Shown here piece by piece: positions 26,201 to 39,400 of a stretch of DNA of 64,000 bases (positions within the stretch are counted from its first letter, which is position 1; every line of letters begins with the position of its first letter). The notes beneath the pieces are model-generated. The model worked only from the letters and a program-made list of their open reading frames with translations. It ran no database searches and was not told where the DNA came from. Position numbers and translations under genes: made by a program. Source of the stretch: Sarea resinae (Eukaryota); the NCBI GenBank assembly GCA_026026165.1, contig JAPEUD010000009.1:1-64000 (forward strand). Direction: 5' to 3'.

Positions 26201-29200
26201 ATGTCCTCTGTCCGGGCGTCGTCGGATTCACAGACCTCCGATTTTGAGGCTGTTCCTGGAGCATATCCTCCCCCGGACGCCGACCCGTCTCCTATCTCCA
26301 CACATCAGACCCTGTCGCAAGCCGTCCATTCGAGACGAGACGAGTTCACTAGACCGCACCAGATTCGAGTCAAGGTCGGCAGTTGGAATGTCGCTGCTTT
26401 GGGTGGCACAGAAAAGGACATTGCTGGCTGGTTTATTGGCGGCAAGGGCATCGAGGAATCGTTGTCGGGACTGCCTGCGACTTCGGAAGAACAACCGCAG
26501 TTTGGCCTAGCCGCAGAGCGATCCAGCACAGATCCCAAAGAAGGTGTCGCGGCGCAAGAGGGGCGCAGCAATAAAAAGGCTTCCACAATCCCGAAGAATG
26601 ACACTGGTGCTTTGCCTGGGGGAGACGAGATCGGTATATATGCGCTGGGCCTCCAAGAGATTGTGGACGTTACTTCAGCGACTGAAGCTCTTCGACCCTA
26701 TACCGACCCAAGTTCTGCAAAGAAATGGAAGCAATATATCGAAGTTGCACTGCCACAGGGCTATCAACTAGTGGCGGAACAGCAGCTGATTGGGATGCTA
26801 CTACTCATCTATGCAGCTCCGAGTATAGCACCGACTATAAGCGCGGTGAGTACTACAAGTGTTGGGACTGGTCTTATGGGTTACATGGGGAATAAAGGTG
26901 CCGTGACAGCTCGTTTGCTTCTTGGAGAGACCACGAGACTCGTTTTCATCAATTCACATCTTTCTGCTGGGACCGAAAAGGGCGCTCTGGAGCGGAGAAA
27001 TTGGGACGCTGCGCAAGTTGTGGCTCGGACTAAGTTTGACGTCGTAAGCCAGCCTGGTGAACCTGCCACCAATGTCGCCGAAAGTATAGGAGACGAGGAT
27101 TTTGCTTTTTGGTTTGGAGATTTAAATTACAGGCTAGAGGGTGTCCCTGGAGACGACGTACGACGACTTCTCATGCTACATACGCGAGAGGTGCATGATA
27201 TTGGTGATTTGTCTGAGAAAAAGATGGAAGACGAGATATCAAGAGCGACAGCAGCAACAAATCTGCATCGCCGGGAGGTTGGTAGTGGGTCATTCGATTC
27301 ATCTGCCTCTTCGAACACTGCAGTCGATTCCTCATCTAATCGTTCAACATCGCCAACTGCAACGTTGTCAGAGCCCCAAGATACAACTACAGATCCGTCT
27401 TCTCTGCAGACTACCATCGACTCCCTTTTAACACACGACCAACTCTACCAAGAACAACGGAGACGAAGGGCTTTCCAGGATGGATGGCGTGAGGGTCCTA
27501 TAACCTTCCCACCGACTTACAAGTATGACGTTGGCAGCGTTGGCATGTTTGATTCTGGCGAGAAGAAACGGGGACCTAGCTGGTGCGATCGTATACTATA
27601 CCGCACTCGCAGAGACAAGTTGAAATATGACCAAAAGATCAGAGAAGAGGAGGAGGCACGAAAAAAGGATGAGGATATGAAGAAACGAGGACTTGATAAG
27701 GCTTTCCAGAGTGATGAAGACTTGCTCTACGACTACGACCCTGACACAGATGGCACCAATGAACCCATTGAAGATTATGATGAAGAAACCATGCAAGAGC
27801 CGGACCCAGAAGTCACAATCACAAAGGAAGGGTTCGAAGACAGGCTGAAGCTGGATTATTATGTCGCGCACCAGAGAGTTTTGTCATCTGATCATAAGCC
27901 TTTAGATGCCGTTTTCACTCTTTCATACGATGCTGTTGTTCCCGAGCTGAAGGCAAAAATACACCAGGAAGTCGCCCGCGAACTTGATCGGGCAGAGAAT
28001 GAAGGGCGACCATCGGTCACTATCGTGGTTGATCCTCATCATCGCGACCGGGACGGGGCTAGCAATGATCAAGAATTTTCTGCTACGTTTGAGGGCGTTG
28101 ATTTCGGGGACGTCCATTTCTCTCAAAGCAAGCGGCGGAGCGCCACAATCGCGAACACGGGTCGAGTCCCCGCCACCGTTGGCTTCATTGAACGCCCCGT
28201 CGCCGACGGAAAGCCTGGAGGGTTGTCGCCCCCTTGGCTCAACCTTGAATTTGACCAACCAGGCAGTGACAGGCATGGGACTCTCAAAGAACTGATGATT
28301 GATCCCGGAATGGCTGTGAACCTGGAACTCGAGCTACGAGTCGACGATTTTGAGCAAGTCCGAGCTTTGAATGATGGTCGAGAAACGCTAGATGATGTCC
28401 TTGTTCTTCGTGTTACTAATGGAAGAGATCATTTCTTGCCGGTGCACGGGAACTGGCAACAGTCCAGCTTTAGCCGTACCCTTGATAAACTCATCCGCAT
28501 TCCCGAAGGTGGGGTGCGTAAGCTACAGCACCAAAGGCCAAGTGGCGATGACAGTGCGACTGATGAGCAAGGGGTAAAGTGGTCGGCTCCACGAGAGTTG
28601 TTCCGGCTGACGGAAGCAATAGAAGAACTGGTCGAGAGATCGCTAGCGGAGTGGAGCATGACTTCATCCGAAGAAGAAGACAAGGCCCCTTGGGACACGT
28701 GTTCTGGCTGGCCTTTTGCTTCAGAGTGCTGGACAATGGTGGACGATAGCTCCAGAGAAGCTTTACTGTTCGAGATTCGAGAGGCACTCGACACTGACCG
28801 GCCGTTGCGGCCAGTGTTTCCGGCGGAGATGTCTTCCATTCAGTGTGTTGAGTCTCTTTCTGAGACTCTACTGACTTTTCTACAGAGTCTCGAGGATGGC
28901 ATCATTACAGAATCTTTGTGGGTTATTCTGGAAGAGGGCCTCGTGGAGCGAGAGAAAGCGAAGAAGTCACGATTCAGTGAGGAGGAGCGAGCCTTCATCT
29001 TGGAGAGACTGTCCAGCGCTCCAACCCACAACGTCTCATTCATGTTTCTGACTTTCATGCTTGCACGCGTGGCTAATGAGATAGCGCCGGTGCCGCGCTC
29101 GGACCTCGAAGATGCGCCGGCGTCTCCAAAGTCGGCACATCAAAGCACTAGCCGCTCTCCATCGCTTGCCAAACGGCAAGCCATCGATCGTGCATATGCA

Positions 29201-29329
29201 GCAATCTTCGCAGATGCAATGATCCGCGGGCCGGCAGCTCAACGAGAAAAAGAGAAGAGGGCCAGCGAGGAGAGGAAGCGACATGTAATCGAGGTCTTCC
29301 TCAGGGCCAAGTGGGATGAGGAGAGATGA
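26201..29329 (+). CDS. Inositol polyphosphate 5-phosphatase, OCRL/INPP5B-like (catalytic domain, ASH-like domain, RhoGAP-like C-terminus)
   Basis: GSWNV, GLQEIV, MGNKGAV, FINSHL, FWFGDLNYR, FPPTYKY, PSWCDRILY, SSDHKP; ELDRAENE, IANTGRVP and LDDVLVLRV.NGRDHF in the ASH-like part; intronless 1042-aa ORF. Confidence 0.92.
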   Translation: MSSVRASSDSQTSDFEAVPGAYPPPDADPSPISTHQTLSQAVHSRRDEFTRPHQIRVKVGSWNVAALGGTEKDIAGWFIGGKGIEESLSGLPATSEEQPQFGLAAERSSTDPKEGVAAQEGRSNKKASTIPKNDTGALPGGDEIGIYALGLQEIVDVTSATEALRPYTDPSSAKKWKQYIEVALPQGYQLVAEQQLIGMLLLIYAAPSIAPTISAVSTTSVGTGLMGYMGNKGAVTARLLLGETTRLVFINSHLSAGTEKGALERRNWDAAQVVARTKFDVVSQPGEPATNVAESIGDEDFAFWFGDLNYRLEGVPGDDVRRLLMLHTREVHDIGDLSEKKMEDEISRATAATNLHRREVGSGSFDSSASSNTAVDSSSNRSTSPTATLSEPQDTTTDPSSLQTTIDSLLTHDQLYQEQRRRRAFQDGWREGPITFPPTYKYDVGSVGMFDSGEKKRGPSWCDRILYRTRRDKLKYDQKIREEEEARKKDEDMKKRGLDKAFQSDEDLLYDYDPDTDGTNEPIEDYDEETMQEPDPEVTITKEGFEDRLKLDYYVAHQRVLSSDHKPLDAVFTLSYDAVVPELKAKIHQEVARELDRAENEGRPSVTIVVDPHHRDRDGASNDQEFSATFEGVDFGDVHFSQSKRRSATIANTGRVPATVGFIERPVADGKPGGLSPPWLNLEFDQPGSDRHGTLKELMIDPGMAVNLELELRVDDFEQVRALNDGRETLDDVLVLRVTNGRDHFLPVHGNWQQSSFSRTLDKLIRIPEGGVRKLQHQRPSGDDSATDEQGVKWSAPRELFRLTEAIEELVERSLAEWSMTSSEEEDKAPWDTCSGWPFASECWTMVDDSSREALLFEIREALDTDRPLRPVFPAEMSSIQCVESLSETLLTFLQSLEDGIITESLWVILEEGLVEREKAKKSRFSEEERAFILERLSSAPTHNVSFMFLTFMLARVANEIAPVPRSDLEDAPASPKSAHQSTSRSPSLAKRQAIDRAYAAIFADAMIRGPAAQREKEKRASEERKRHVIEVFLRAKWDEER

Positions 29330-29964
29330 GCGAAGGTTCATGCTTATGGCATTCTCAGGCGCAAGCTTTGTTTACTTGTTTGTTTACCTTGGCTAGTATA
29401 CCCTCAGAGTGAAGAGCATATCCAATATGAAGTATAGGTCACTTTGCATGTCTGGCTTGGTCTTAAAGGCCAATATCACTGTGATATCATGATTCTTGTC
29501 TAGATGTGACTTCAAAATACAGATGGAGAGATGGGTATTCACTCCTTGCCACTTGGCGACTCCGGCGGGGTAAAGTCTAGACGAGGCCGTTGCTGGGCCG
29601 GAGCGGTGAGCGGTGTCGGTGCCAAGGTTGTTGATGTTGCTCGCTCGGTAAAGTGAATGGCCGGTACAGAGTACCAAGTTACATGCATACTCCCTAGAGC
29701 AGACCCCCAAATCCAAACATACCATACCTTACCTAGATGGCCCCGGACAATTCACTCTCCTCATCAACAATCTATTAGCCTTACTCTACTCTACTCCTCT
29801 CCTGCTTGACTGGGACCAACTAAGCATGATCGGCATGCGCTGCCTGATTCTGCCATTGCCTCACCCTTTGCCCGTCAACGTGACAGACACGGAGCCCCCG
29901 TACATAGTCTGAATACCTCATCTCCTTCATCTGCGAGCATTCGACCGGTAGGGGTACTGCCAAG

Positions 29965-32193
29965 ATGGGCTTCCCGGAACAGAAATGGGTGAACGTTCAG
30001 CAGAAAACATTCACCAAATGGCCAGTCTCCTTGTCGATCAAGAGAGAACGACATGTCGCTGATTATGAAGCAGGCTGAATAGTAAGCTTAAGATCAGAAA
30101 TGTCTCCATCAATGACCTGGTCAAAGACCTCTCTGATGGGGTGAGTGTTCTTGCTGCTGGGCGGCGCTCCGCCGTGTTTCTCTCATGGCAATTGCTTAGC
30201 AAATCAACCATTCTGACCGTAAGCGCTACAGGTCATGCTCATCCACCTCCTCGAAATCCTTGGAAATGAGTCGCTTGGTCGATATGCGGCGAAACCGAAA
30301 CTCCGCGTTCAGCGGTTCGAAAATGTCAACATAGCGCTCGACTTCATCAGATTGCGGGGTATACAGATGACGAATATTGGGGCCGAGGACGTCGTTGATG
30401 GCAATCGGAAAATTATCTTGGGTCTGATATGGACCCTTATTCTTCGCTTCACCATCAGCGACATTAACGAGGAGGGAATGACCGCGAAGGAGGGGCTATT
30501 GCTATGGTGTCAACGGAAAACAGCATGCTACGATGATGTGGAGGTCCGAGACTTTTCGTCCAGTTGGAATGACGGACTAGCCTTGTATGCTCACCACACG
30601 AGTCGAAAGGACGGAGCTGATGTTTGGACTATAGCTGTGCTCTTTTGGATATTCATCGACCCGACCTGATCGACTATGATAGTCTGGATAAGAATGACCA
30701 CCGAGGAAACATGGAACTTGCTTTCGATATTGCTTCCAAGGAGATTGGTATCCCAGATCTCCTGGACGTCGAGGATGTGGCTGACGTCGCGAAACCCGAT
30801 GAACGATCTCTAATGACTTATATTGCCTACTGGTTCCATGCCTTTTCTCAGATGGAGCGCGTGGAGAACGCAGGGCGACGGGTCGAGAAATTCGTTCAGA
30901 ACATGCAAGGGGCATGGGAAATGCAGAATTCGTTCGAACGGCGAATGAGAGAATTGCTGCGGCAGATTTCAGAGCAGGGACGGCACTGGGAAGAGGCCGA
31001 GTTCGAAGGAACGTACGTGGATGCAAAGAATCAAGCAAGCGAGTTTTCTGTGTATAAGAGGAGCCAGAAGCGAAAATGGGTAGCAGAGAAATCGGAATTG
31101 GTTGGCCTCTTGGGCAACATCAAGACGAAAATGAGCACATACAGATTAAGGGCCTACGAGCCGCCGCCAGAACTACGACTGGAGGTTCTTGACCAGGCTT
31201 GGGGCACACTGATGAAGGCAGAGAGAGACAGGAGTCAGTTGATCAATGAGACTATTCGAGAGTGAGTTCTGACACTAATGGTTTACGACTGTTCTAACAA
31301 CATATAGCATCAAGAATGCTCTGCGAAAATCCTTTGCGGAGAAGGCCAATAATTTCGCTGAAATCCTGAACACTCTCTCCATAGCAATCTCAGGACTCGA
31401 GGGTGATGTCGAGGAACAACTCAAGCACGTAAGACGTTTACACTCAAATCTCCCACCCCTCGATGAATATCTCGATGCAATCGGCGCATTAGATCAGCAG
31501 TGCGAAGAAGCAAACATCGAGGAGAATGACTTTACCACATATACTTATGACGAGCTGGAATATGAGCTTAGCCTTGTCAGATCCAGTGTCTCGAAAAAGC
31601 TTTCCTTTCTCGAGAACCAAATGGTGGCAAGAAACATGACCAACCTCACGCCAATCCAGCTCGAAGAATTCGAGTCTGTTTTCCGACACTTTGACCGCGA
31701 CCTCAGCAATTCTTTGCAGGAGCTGGAATTCTCTGCAGCTTTGGCCAGTCTCGGGCTCGTGTACGACGAGGACGAGATGCATGAGAAGTTCTTGGAGACG
31801 AGCAACGGGAAAGACTACGTGACTTTCGAGCAATTCATCAATTTCATGGTTGAGGTGACTGAAGATCAAAATACGGCGGAGCAGGTATTCCAGAGTTTTA
31901 TCGAAGTGGCCGATGGAAAGGTGAGTGATAGTTCTAGAGATTTCAACCCGAACAATGCTGACATGTTGGAAAAATAGCCATACGTCACGGAGGTGGATCT
32001 CCGACATTCTCTCATCCCAGACGAAGTCATCGAAGATCTCGTCAAGACCATGCCGGAGCACAGGGGCCCCGACCTCCAGACTGACCGAGATCTATCAAAG
32101 TATGACTATGTGACCTTTATGGAGAACTTCACGAACGGCCAAGGCGCGGCCAACGGCGATGGCGACGATGTCAACGGTCACGGCGGCCGATAA
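29965..32193 (+). CDS. ain1: Alpha-actinin (2 CH domains, spectrin repeats, EF-hands); 6 exons
   Basis: QQKTFTKWLNSKL, DLSDG, IGAEDVVDGNRKIILGLIWTLILRF, LLLWCQRKT, KPDERSLMTY, EF-hand FRHFDRDLSN. Introns 30021-30073 (GC-AG), 30141-30231, 30585-30634, 31262-31307, 31921-31977. Confidence 0.95.
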
Positions 32194-33495
32194 GGGGGAA
32201 GGGGGCGGCGCTATTATACTTAGGCAAACTGGCTTGGAATAGATTGGATTGCAAGCGAACGATCAAGCCTCATCATCGGAGTTCTTCCCTCACTGTTTTT
32301 TCCATTTGGCTTAGCTCGTCTTCTCTCACATAATCTCGTCTTGGTCGTCAGAGGCGAGCGTTTGGTCGGTTGGCTGGTTGGATGCATGCATGGATGAGGT
32401 GTTCCGGAACGGAACTAGTTAGACATTGCTTTAGTCGTGGCCTATGATTTGCGAGCGGTATCAATTGAGCGGTTGAGCGTGCACATGACTACCGCAATGC
32501 TTTGAACGAGATGGGTGATGCTCTGACCCGCCATGAGAGTCCTGGACATGCCCGAGAGGAGCCAAAGGGGCTCGATATGATACGGTATCTTGATTAGGTG
32601 CTGCAAGGTAAGGTATCTTGCCGCAGATTGGGGTGGCGGTTCGAGGAGACGGATTCGCCTATCGATTGTCGGGCGGTCAGGCCAATCTCAGGTATCTTTG
32701 TAGACACTCTCAAGCGTAGAGCGTCGCGTGTCGCGAAGTTCGAGATGCACTAGACGGTGGATGAGGTGCTCTCGATCTGAGAATCTGACCATGTATGGTG
32801 GCAGCTGCGAATGCATCTCTCATGAGGCTCTTTGGCCGCGCAAGCAATTCACCTCACCGGCAAGACCTCTCACCTCTCCATATCATTCACCGTGCTTTGT
32901 ACAGCAGTAGACATCCCGCTCCCGGCCCTGTGGCTTCTCCCGTGGGCATGATCCGCGCGGTTCACGGTGAATTGGAGGACTTGTTGAAACCTTCGATCCT
33001 TCCACCATAGATTGCCTTCATCATCCTTCCTTCTTCACTTCGACACTCGCGCTCCTCTTGTTGACATATCAAAGGCGATCACACGACTATCTTTAATGAG
33101 CACCTACTGTTGCCATGACGGTCTTGCGGTTCGGCCTCTCCACTCACCTTCATTATCGGTCAGTCGTCGCATCTCTGAAACCTTACTTGGACCTTGAGCA
33201 ACGGCATGATCAGGTTTATTGATTGCGACCTGGAAGCCGGCATCTCGGCCCACTAGACCAGGACTTGGTTCTGATGATCAATAGCATCAGAGAGTGAGTG
33301 CCGTGCAGTTGCTGATAGGAGTTCTGGAGATTCTCAGGCGTTCATCGACTTCGACCAATTGATTCCACCTCTATCGGTTTCCTCACCTTCGCGCTTCCAC
33401 TCCATCTGGGCTCCTTCGGCATTCCTCATCTTCACACCTCATTTCAGCTACTATGCGGCCATTATTCATCTGACTACAATCTATCGACTGCCTCT

Positions 33496-36400
33496 ATGAT
33501 ACCAGCCATGGACTCGAAGGACCCGCTCGACTGGGGGATCGACGAAGTGATTACTTTCCTTTGCAACGCCAGTGCTCCATGGTATACCGAGATCACTCCT
33601 TCAACTGGCGTCGAGCCTGCGGCTTTGGCACGCTCGATCCGTGCGCAGTCCACCACAGGCTTGATTTTGTTATGCGAGTTCGATAGAAATACCCTTCTCG
33701 AAGAACACCATATCACATCACATGGGCAGCGGGGATATGTGTGGCATGGCATCCTAAAGCTGCGAGCCCAGTCAAAAAAGTACCCCGAGTATATCCAGCA
33801 GCTTGCTTCGAATGTGCCCCTACCCCACGGTTGCTCTTCACCCATGGTGCCATCTGTCCCCTTCCGAGACTACTTTCATTCCCCAGCTTCTTCCCCAGCC
33901 AGATCGGTATCTTTCCAGCAGAGATTGTTTCCAACAATTTCCAGTGATGCAATCCACCAACAAGGTCCGTCTCCAGATAAAGAGATGCCGGGCTCTACAC
34001 AAGAAGCACACGAAACGATCGACATGCTAGCGGCATTGGCCCAGCCGCAAGACGAGCTAGCGAGTGACTTCAGAGTCAAGACTTCACCTGTAGACAAGTC
34101 TCCACCAAGTTCTTTGCCTCAAATATTGCCCGCATCACAGCGGCAACCCAGCATAACGTTGGAGGCAGCGTCTGATGCTATATCTGCTCCATCATCCCCA
34201 GAGTCTGTCTTCTCGTGGGCTGGACCTAGCCCGTTTCCACCGGATGGTGATATAAGTCCAGCTCTTCCGAGTAATGACGTTGAAGAAGCTACAGAGGAAA
34301 GTCTGGCATCCCAACGGAAAACGAGTCCTTCAATAGCAAGCCTACCATCTCAATCTGGCAATCGTCTTGGAGAAACGGTCGTGGTTGATGACGACGGGCG
34401 AAAACGTCGTAGACTTGCTCCCACCCATCTACGACCTATTTCACCTCCCATTAGCGCAGTCCCTGACTCAGAAGCTGATGTCGTTGTAGCGTCAGAGGCT
34501 ACGAACAGGTCCTCTGAGGAGCTGGAGCCCAATAGGTCTCGCTCAATGAGCATAGCAAGCAAGAAAGAATCAGTAGAGAATGAGGCTGAAGATCAAGACA
34601 AAAGAGAAGCTTCTCCCGAGCAAACCGGAAAAGCAAAAGCAATTCAAGGCGATGGCCATGAGGCATCTATAACGAAAGAACCAGTTTTCGTACCTATTGA
34701 ACAGTTTGAGGATATTCTAGCGCCTCAGCCACCCCCGCTCGAAGACCTGCTGCTGCCACATTCCAGGAGGAGCTCACTGCCATACGTAGATCTAGCCACA
34801 TCCTCTACAGAGAATGGTGTTTCAGCCCCACTTGGTGGCAAGATGGTCCCACGCTCAAGAACGAGCTCGCCACCATCCAGCGATCTCACAACATCTGCTG
34901 AGAACGAACGTACCTTCGACACGGATATCTCTAAGGCAACTTTAATCGAAGACAAGCCCAAGAGAAGAATAGTTCCGACATTGATCTCAAATTATCCATA
35001 TGAGAAGACCTTGACTAGTGTTGAGTCGACGTCTGAGTCCGAAACTTTCCTGGATGAATATATCTCCAGTCACAACGCTGAAGGTCCAACATCTACTCAG
35101 TTGACAAAGCAGAATGCCTCTGCCCCGGCGAAACAGGCTAAAGGAGAAAGGCACGGGCGTGGCTATCTAGGAATCAAGGGATACTCTTTGGATGATATTT
35201 TCTACTCTTCTTCGGCGGTTGAACCGGAAAGTAAAATGGACTATGAGGACGAAGAAAATTTTGCTTTCAACCAGCCTATGCCCATCTCAGCCGGTCGGCG
35301 TCTCTATGTCGATAAAGTGATGAGACACTACCTTCAAAATTCACATGGATTCCTTTTTCAACGCGGTGGACAAAACATGGTAGCAGTTAAACCCTATGAT
35401 GTACGGCTTCTCAAAAAGCACCGTGTTCAGTCATTCACTCTTTTCGGCTATTCAAATCATCGCGTTCAAGTGACGCGTGAGCAGGTACCAGATTGGCCCG
35501 AGATTGAAAATCTAGAAGCGCAGATCTACGAGAAAAGGTTCGAAAAATCGATTCCTCGTATGGGTTATTCGAGAAAAATCCCGTACAAGGCTGATAGCTC
35601 GAGGAACCACGATCCGTTTGAGCAAGGCTCTACCCGCTACTTTGACTATCTTCTAGAAAAGTACGATCCTGCAGACGAAAGGAGGGAGCCCATTTTCAAT
35701 GAATCTGGATCAGAGGACGATTACGATCTTGATACTTGGAGGGAAATTGAAGCCGAGAGAGGGGAACAGCCTCGTCAACTGCGAAAAAGCACCAAGCCAA
35801 TTCTCACTCAAGAAGTTGTCGAAGCTGCTATCGATGAAATGATTGAGCTCACGGTCCAAAAATGGAAAGAGAAGAGGCTTCCAAGACTCGATGGAAAGGC
35901 CTGGCTCCTCTGGAAAAATTTGAAGCGGGTTGGAAATCAGCAGGACCTCATTCAGGAGTCCAAGGACCATGTTGAGCGAATTACAGCTGGCCCTCTTCAA
36001 AAAATGCGCCTGGAGATTCTGAAAGAGCATTGGACCAGCGTGGCAGATGTTCGAAGGCAATCCAGGATCCTAGAACAGAGCGTCATCAATCGAGAGGAGT
36101 TGCTTTGGAAAATTTCTGTACTTGAAGCCGACTGTCCGCCAAAAAGATGGGAGCCTAAGAAAACAAAGAAGCCCACATTGCCGATCAAGGATGGAGAGGA
36201 CCTCGCTCAGAGCGATGATGAAGAAGACTATTACGCGTTTGATGACGACCTCGATGACTTCATCGCCACCGACGATTCAGATGAGGAAGAGAAAAGTACT
36301 GATCCTGGGAACCACAGTCTTGAATATGCTTCAGATCATGGAAGTAGCATGGAACCTCCCCTTCCTACAATGAAGGCGGATTTAGCAACACAGGCAACTC

Positions 36401-39400
36401 CTTCTGACAGCGAAGGCGATATTGGCACTCCGGCAAAGAAGCGGCGCAGATTGCAGCAGGGTAGCCTGGCCAAAGATCTTAAAGACCCGACAGACCCGGC
36501 GTTTCTCTGGGGTCATTCTATTCTCCGCCCAAAGGTGGAGCAACTTTCTAAAGATGGCGGCCCAGACCTGGTTCATACTCGCACCGTCAAGAATCCAGTG
36601 GTCGATCTCACACTGCCCTCGGAACCAGATGAGCTTCCTGATAGACTTGAGCCCCCAAAATCGGATAAAAAGCCAGTACTCAGAAACCGAGAAAAAAAGT
36701 CCCTGTCGACGGTTCGGGATGATATCATTGATATAATTGACGATGATTCAAATGAGCAAAAGGCAACTAAAGGCAACTTACCTGCATACGGCGACGTACT
36801 GTCCATTGCTAAACTCGCCGTCAAGACCTTAATGGAAGCTAACGATAGCAAACGACTCATCGTGAAGCTTTTCAACGAGTTGAATCAACGGCAACGAAGG
36901 GCCATCATTACTCTCTATGAAGTCTCTCCCGCAAAAGATGCTCTCTTCCGTGACATAAATGCTGGTCTTACAGCATTTGAGAGTCGGAAAAAACGGATTA
37001 AAGGGCTTGGGAAAGAAGACTCAGATGCAATCAAGCAATTTGCATATCTTTTCATCTGCTGGGCTACTTGTAGTCGGGTGGACAAGGTGCCTGATATTCC
37101 ATCGGTGAGGGCCGCAAAGAAAAACGAGAAAGCCTTTTCCAAGTTTCACAAGTTCCTAGAGACATTGTTTTCTGCTTACCGTGGTTCCGGTTCGTTGAAA
37201 GTGCTTAGCAAAGTGATTCCTGAAGTGGTCATCAAGTAAGTATTACCGCTAGTAAGTCTTTCATGCATTAATCCGTCATTCTAGTCCAGACTGCCAAGAC
37301 GATCAAACCGGCCACACACCCAAGTATAACAGAAAGAGAAAGGTCGTGGAAGACGCTCAAGCTCGCAACACCCGGAAAAGAGATCAGGAGCGTGTGAAGG
37401 CTGAAGATCAGCGCCGACAGCAACTTGAAGCCGAATTAAGCAAGATGGGTCCAGACATGCTAAATGGTCCTGGCTGCATATACGTCAATCTAGGAAAGGA
37501 AGATCATCAGGCACTCATTCCAATAAATCCATATATTAGCCAGCGAATAAAACCCCACCAGATAGAAGGTGTTCAATTTATCTGGTCAGGACTGGTCATG
37601 CAGAACGATCCTCCTCAAGGATGTTTGCTTGCCCATACTATGGGCTTAGGCAAGACGATGCAGGTGTAAGTCGAAGACAGAAGTCAGGATCGTTTGAATC
37701 ATGCTAACGTTTAATATCAGCATTACGTTTCTAGTGACGCTTGCAGAGGCATCAATATCGGATGACACTGCCATATCCGACCAAATCCCTCCGAATCTCA
37801 GACAGTCGCGAACCTTGATTCTATGTCCGCCGTCCTTGATTGAGAACTGGGGCGACGAGCTGTTGATGTGGACACCCACCCCTCGAGAAGACAACGTGGG
37901 GAGTATCCGGAAGGTTAATTCTTCGCTCGATAAGTTTCACCGCTTGCAGGAGATTGCGGCCTGGTATGAAGATGGTGGGATACTAGTCCTAGGCTATGAG
38001 ATGTTTCGACAGTACATCCTCAACAAAGCCACAAAGAGCATGGATCGGCCACTTGACGAGGAACAGCATGAGACGGTCCAAAAACAACTGCTTGAAGGTC
38101 CAAATATCGTTGTGGCAGATGAAGCCCACATCATGAAGAACCCCGGCTCGGCGATTGCTGGTGTCACTGCTGGATTTCGAACGAAAAGCCGGATCGCTCT
38201 GACAGGCTCTCCACTCGCGAATGCGCTCATAGAATACCACGCAATGGTCAATTGGGTAGCCCCTGGCTATCTTGGCAATGCTGTCGAGTTTAGAGCCACA
38301 TATGCCGAGCCCATTCAGATGGGTCTTTATCACGACAGCTCTGCTTACCAGAAACGAGTGTCACTTGTGAAGCTTGCCGTCTTGAACAGGGATCTTGCTC
38401 CGAAAATAAACCGTGCCGATATTACAGTCCTCAAGGGCAGCATGAAGCCAAAGACGGAGTTCCTCATCAAAGTGCCGCTGACAAAGATTCAAGAAGACGC
38501 ATATCGACTCTATGTCGATTCTTTGGTCAACAAAAGTACCGAGAAAATAACTCAAACTAGACTCTTTGACTGGCTTGCGGTCTTGCAGCTGCTATGCAAC
38601 CATCCTAAGTGTTTCATAGATAAATTGGCTGCTCGGGACGAGGAGCAGCAGGGTCAAAAGTCCATAGCCAATGGGCCGTCAACACCGCCAGAAGCCGGTC
38701 TCTATGAGGATGAAGGTTCGGAGGTAGCTTTCGGTGACGCCACTGCAGCGGCAATGGGAATCTCTCATATCCAAGAGCAGATCGACCTCTTTGACGGGAT
38801 CGACCCATCTTTGGATTCATTTCAGCATTCGTACAGAGTGTTGCTTTGCGCAGACATACTGAAAGCGTGTCTCGTTGCAGGAGACAAGGCTCTGCTCTTC
38901 TCTCAAAGCATACCAACCCTCAACTACCTTGAAGGGATGATGACCGCGCTCGGAATCGCGTATGCGCGCCTTGACGGAAAAACCACGATGCCAAGTCGAC
39001 AGAAGGCGACTAAAAGTTTCAATTCTACAGATAATACACATGTATATCTGATATCAACGAGAGCGGGCGGCCTCGGGCTGAATCTGCAAGGAGCCAATCG
39101 TGTCATCCTGTTTGACTTTGGGTTCAATCCGGTATGGGAGGAGCAAGCTGTTGGACGAGCGTACCGCATGGGTCAGACCAAGCCTGTATTCGTCTATCGA
39201 TTCATGACGGGGGGAACCTTTGAAGATTTGATTCACAACAAGGCCGTCTTCAAGACGCAGCTAGCTTCGAGGGTGGTGGACAAGAAAAAGCCCCAGCGTC
39301 AGGCGACGAAGAACCCCGAAGATTACCTGTTCCCGCCGAAGCCCGTTCGTCAGCACGATTTGAGCGAGTTCAGGGAAAAGGATCCTCTGGTTTTGGACAA

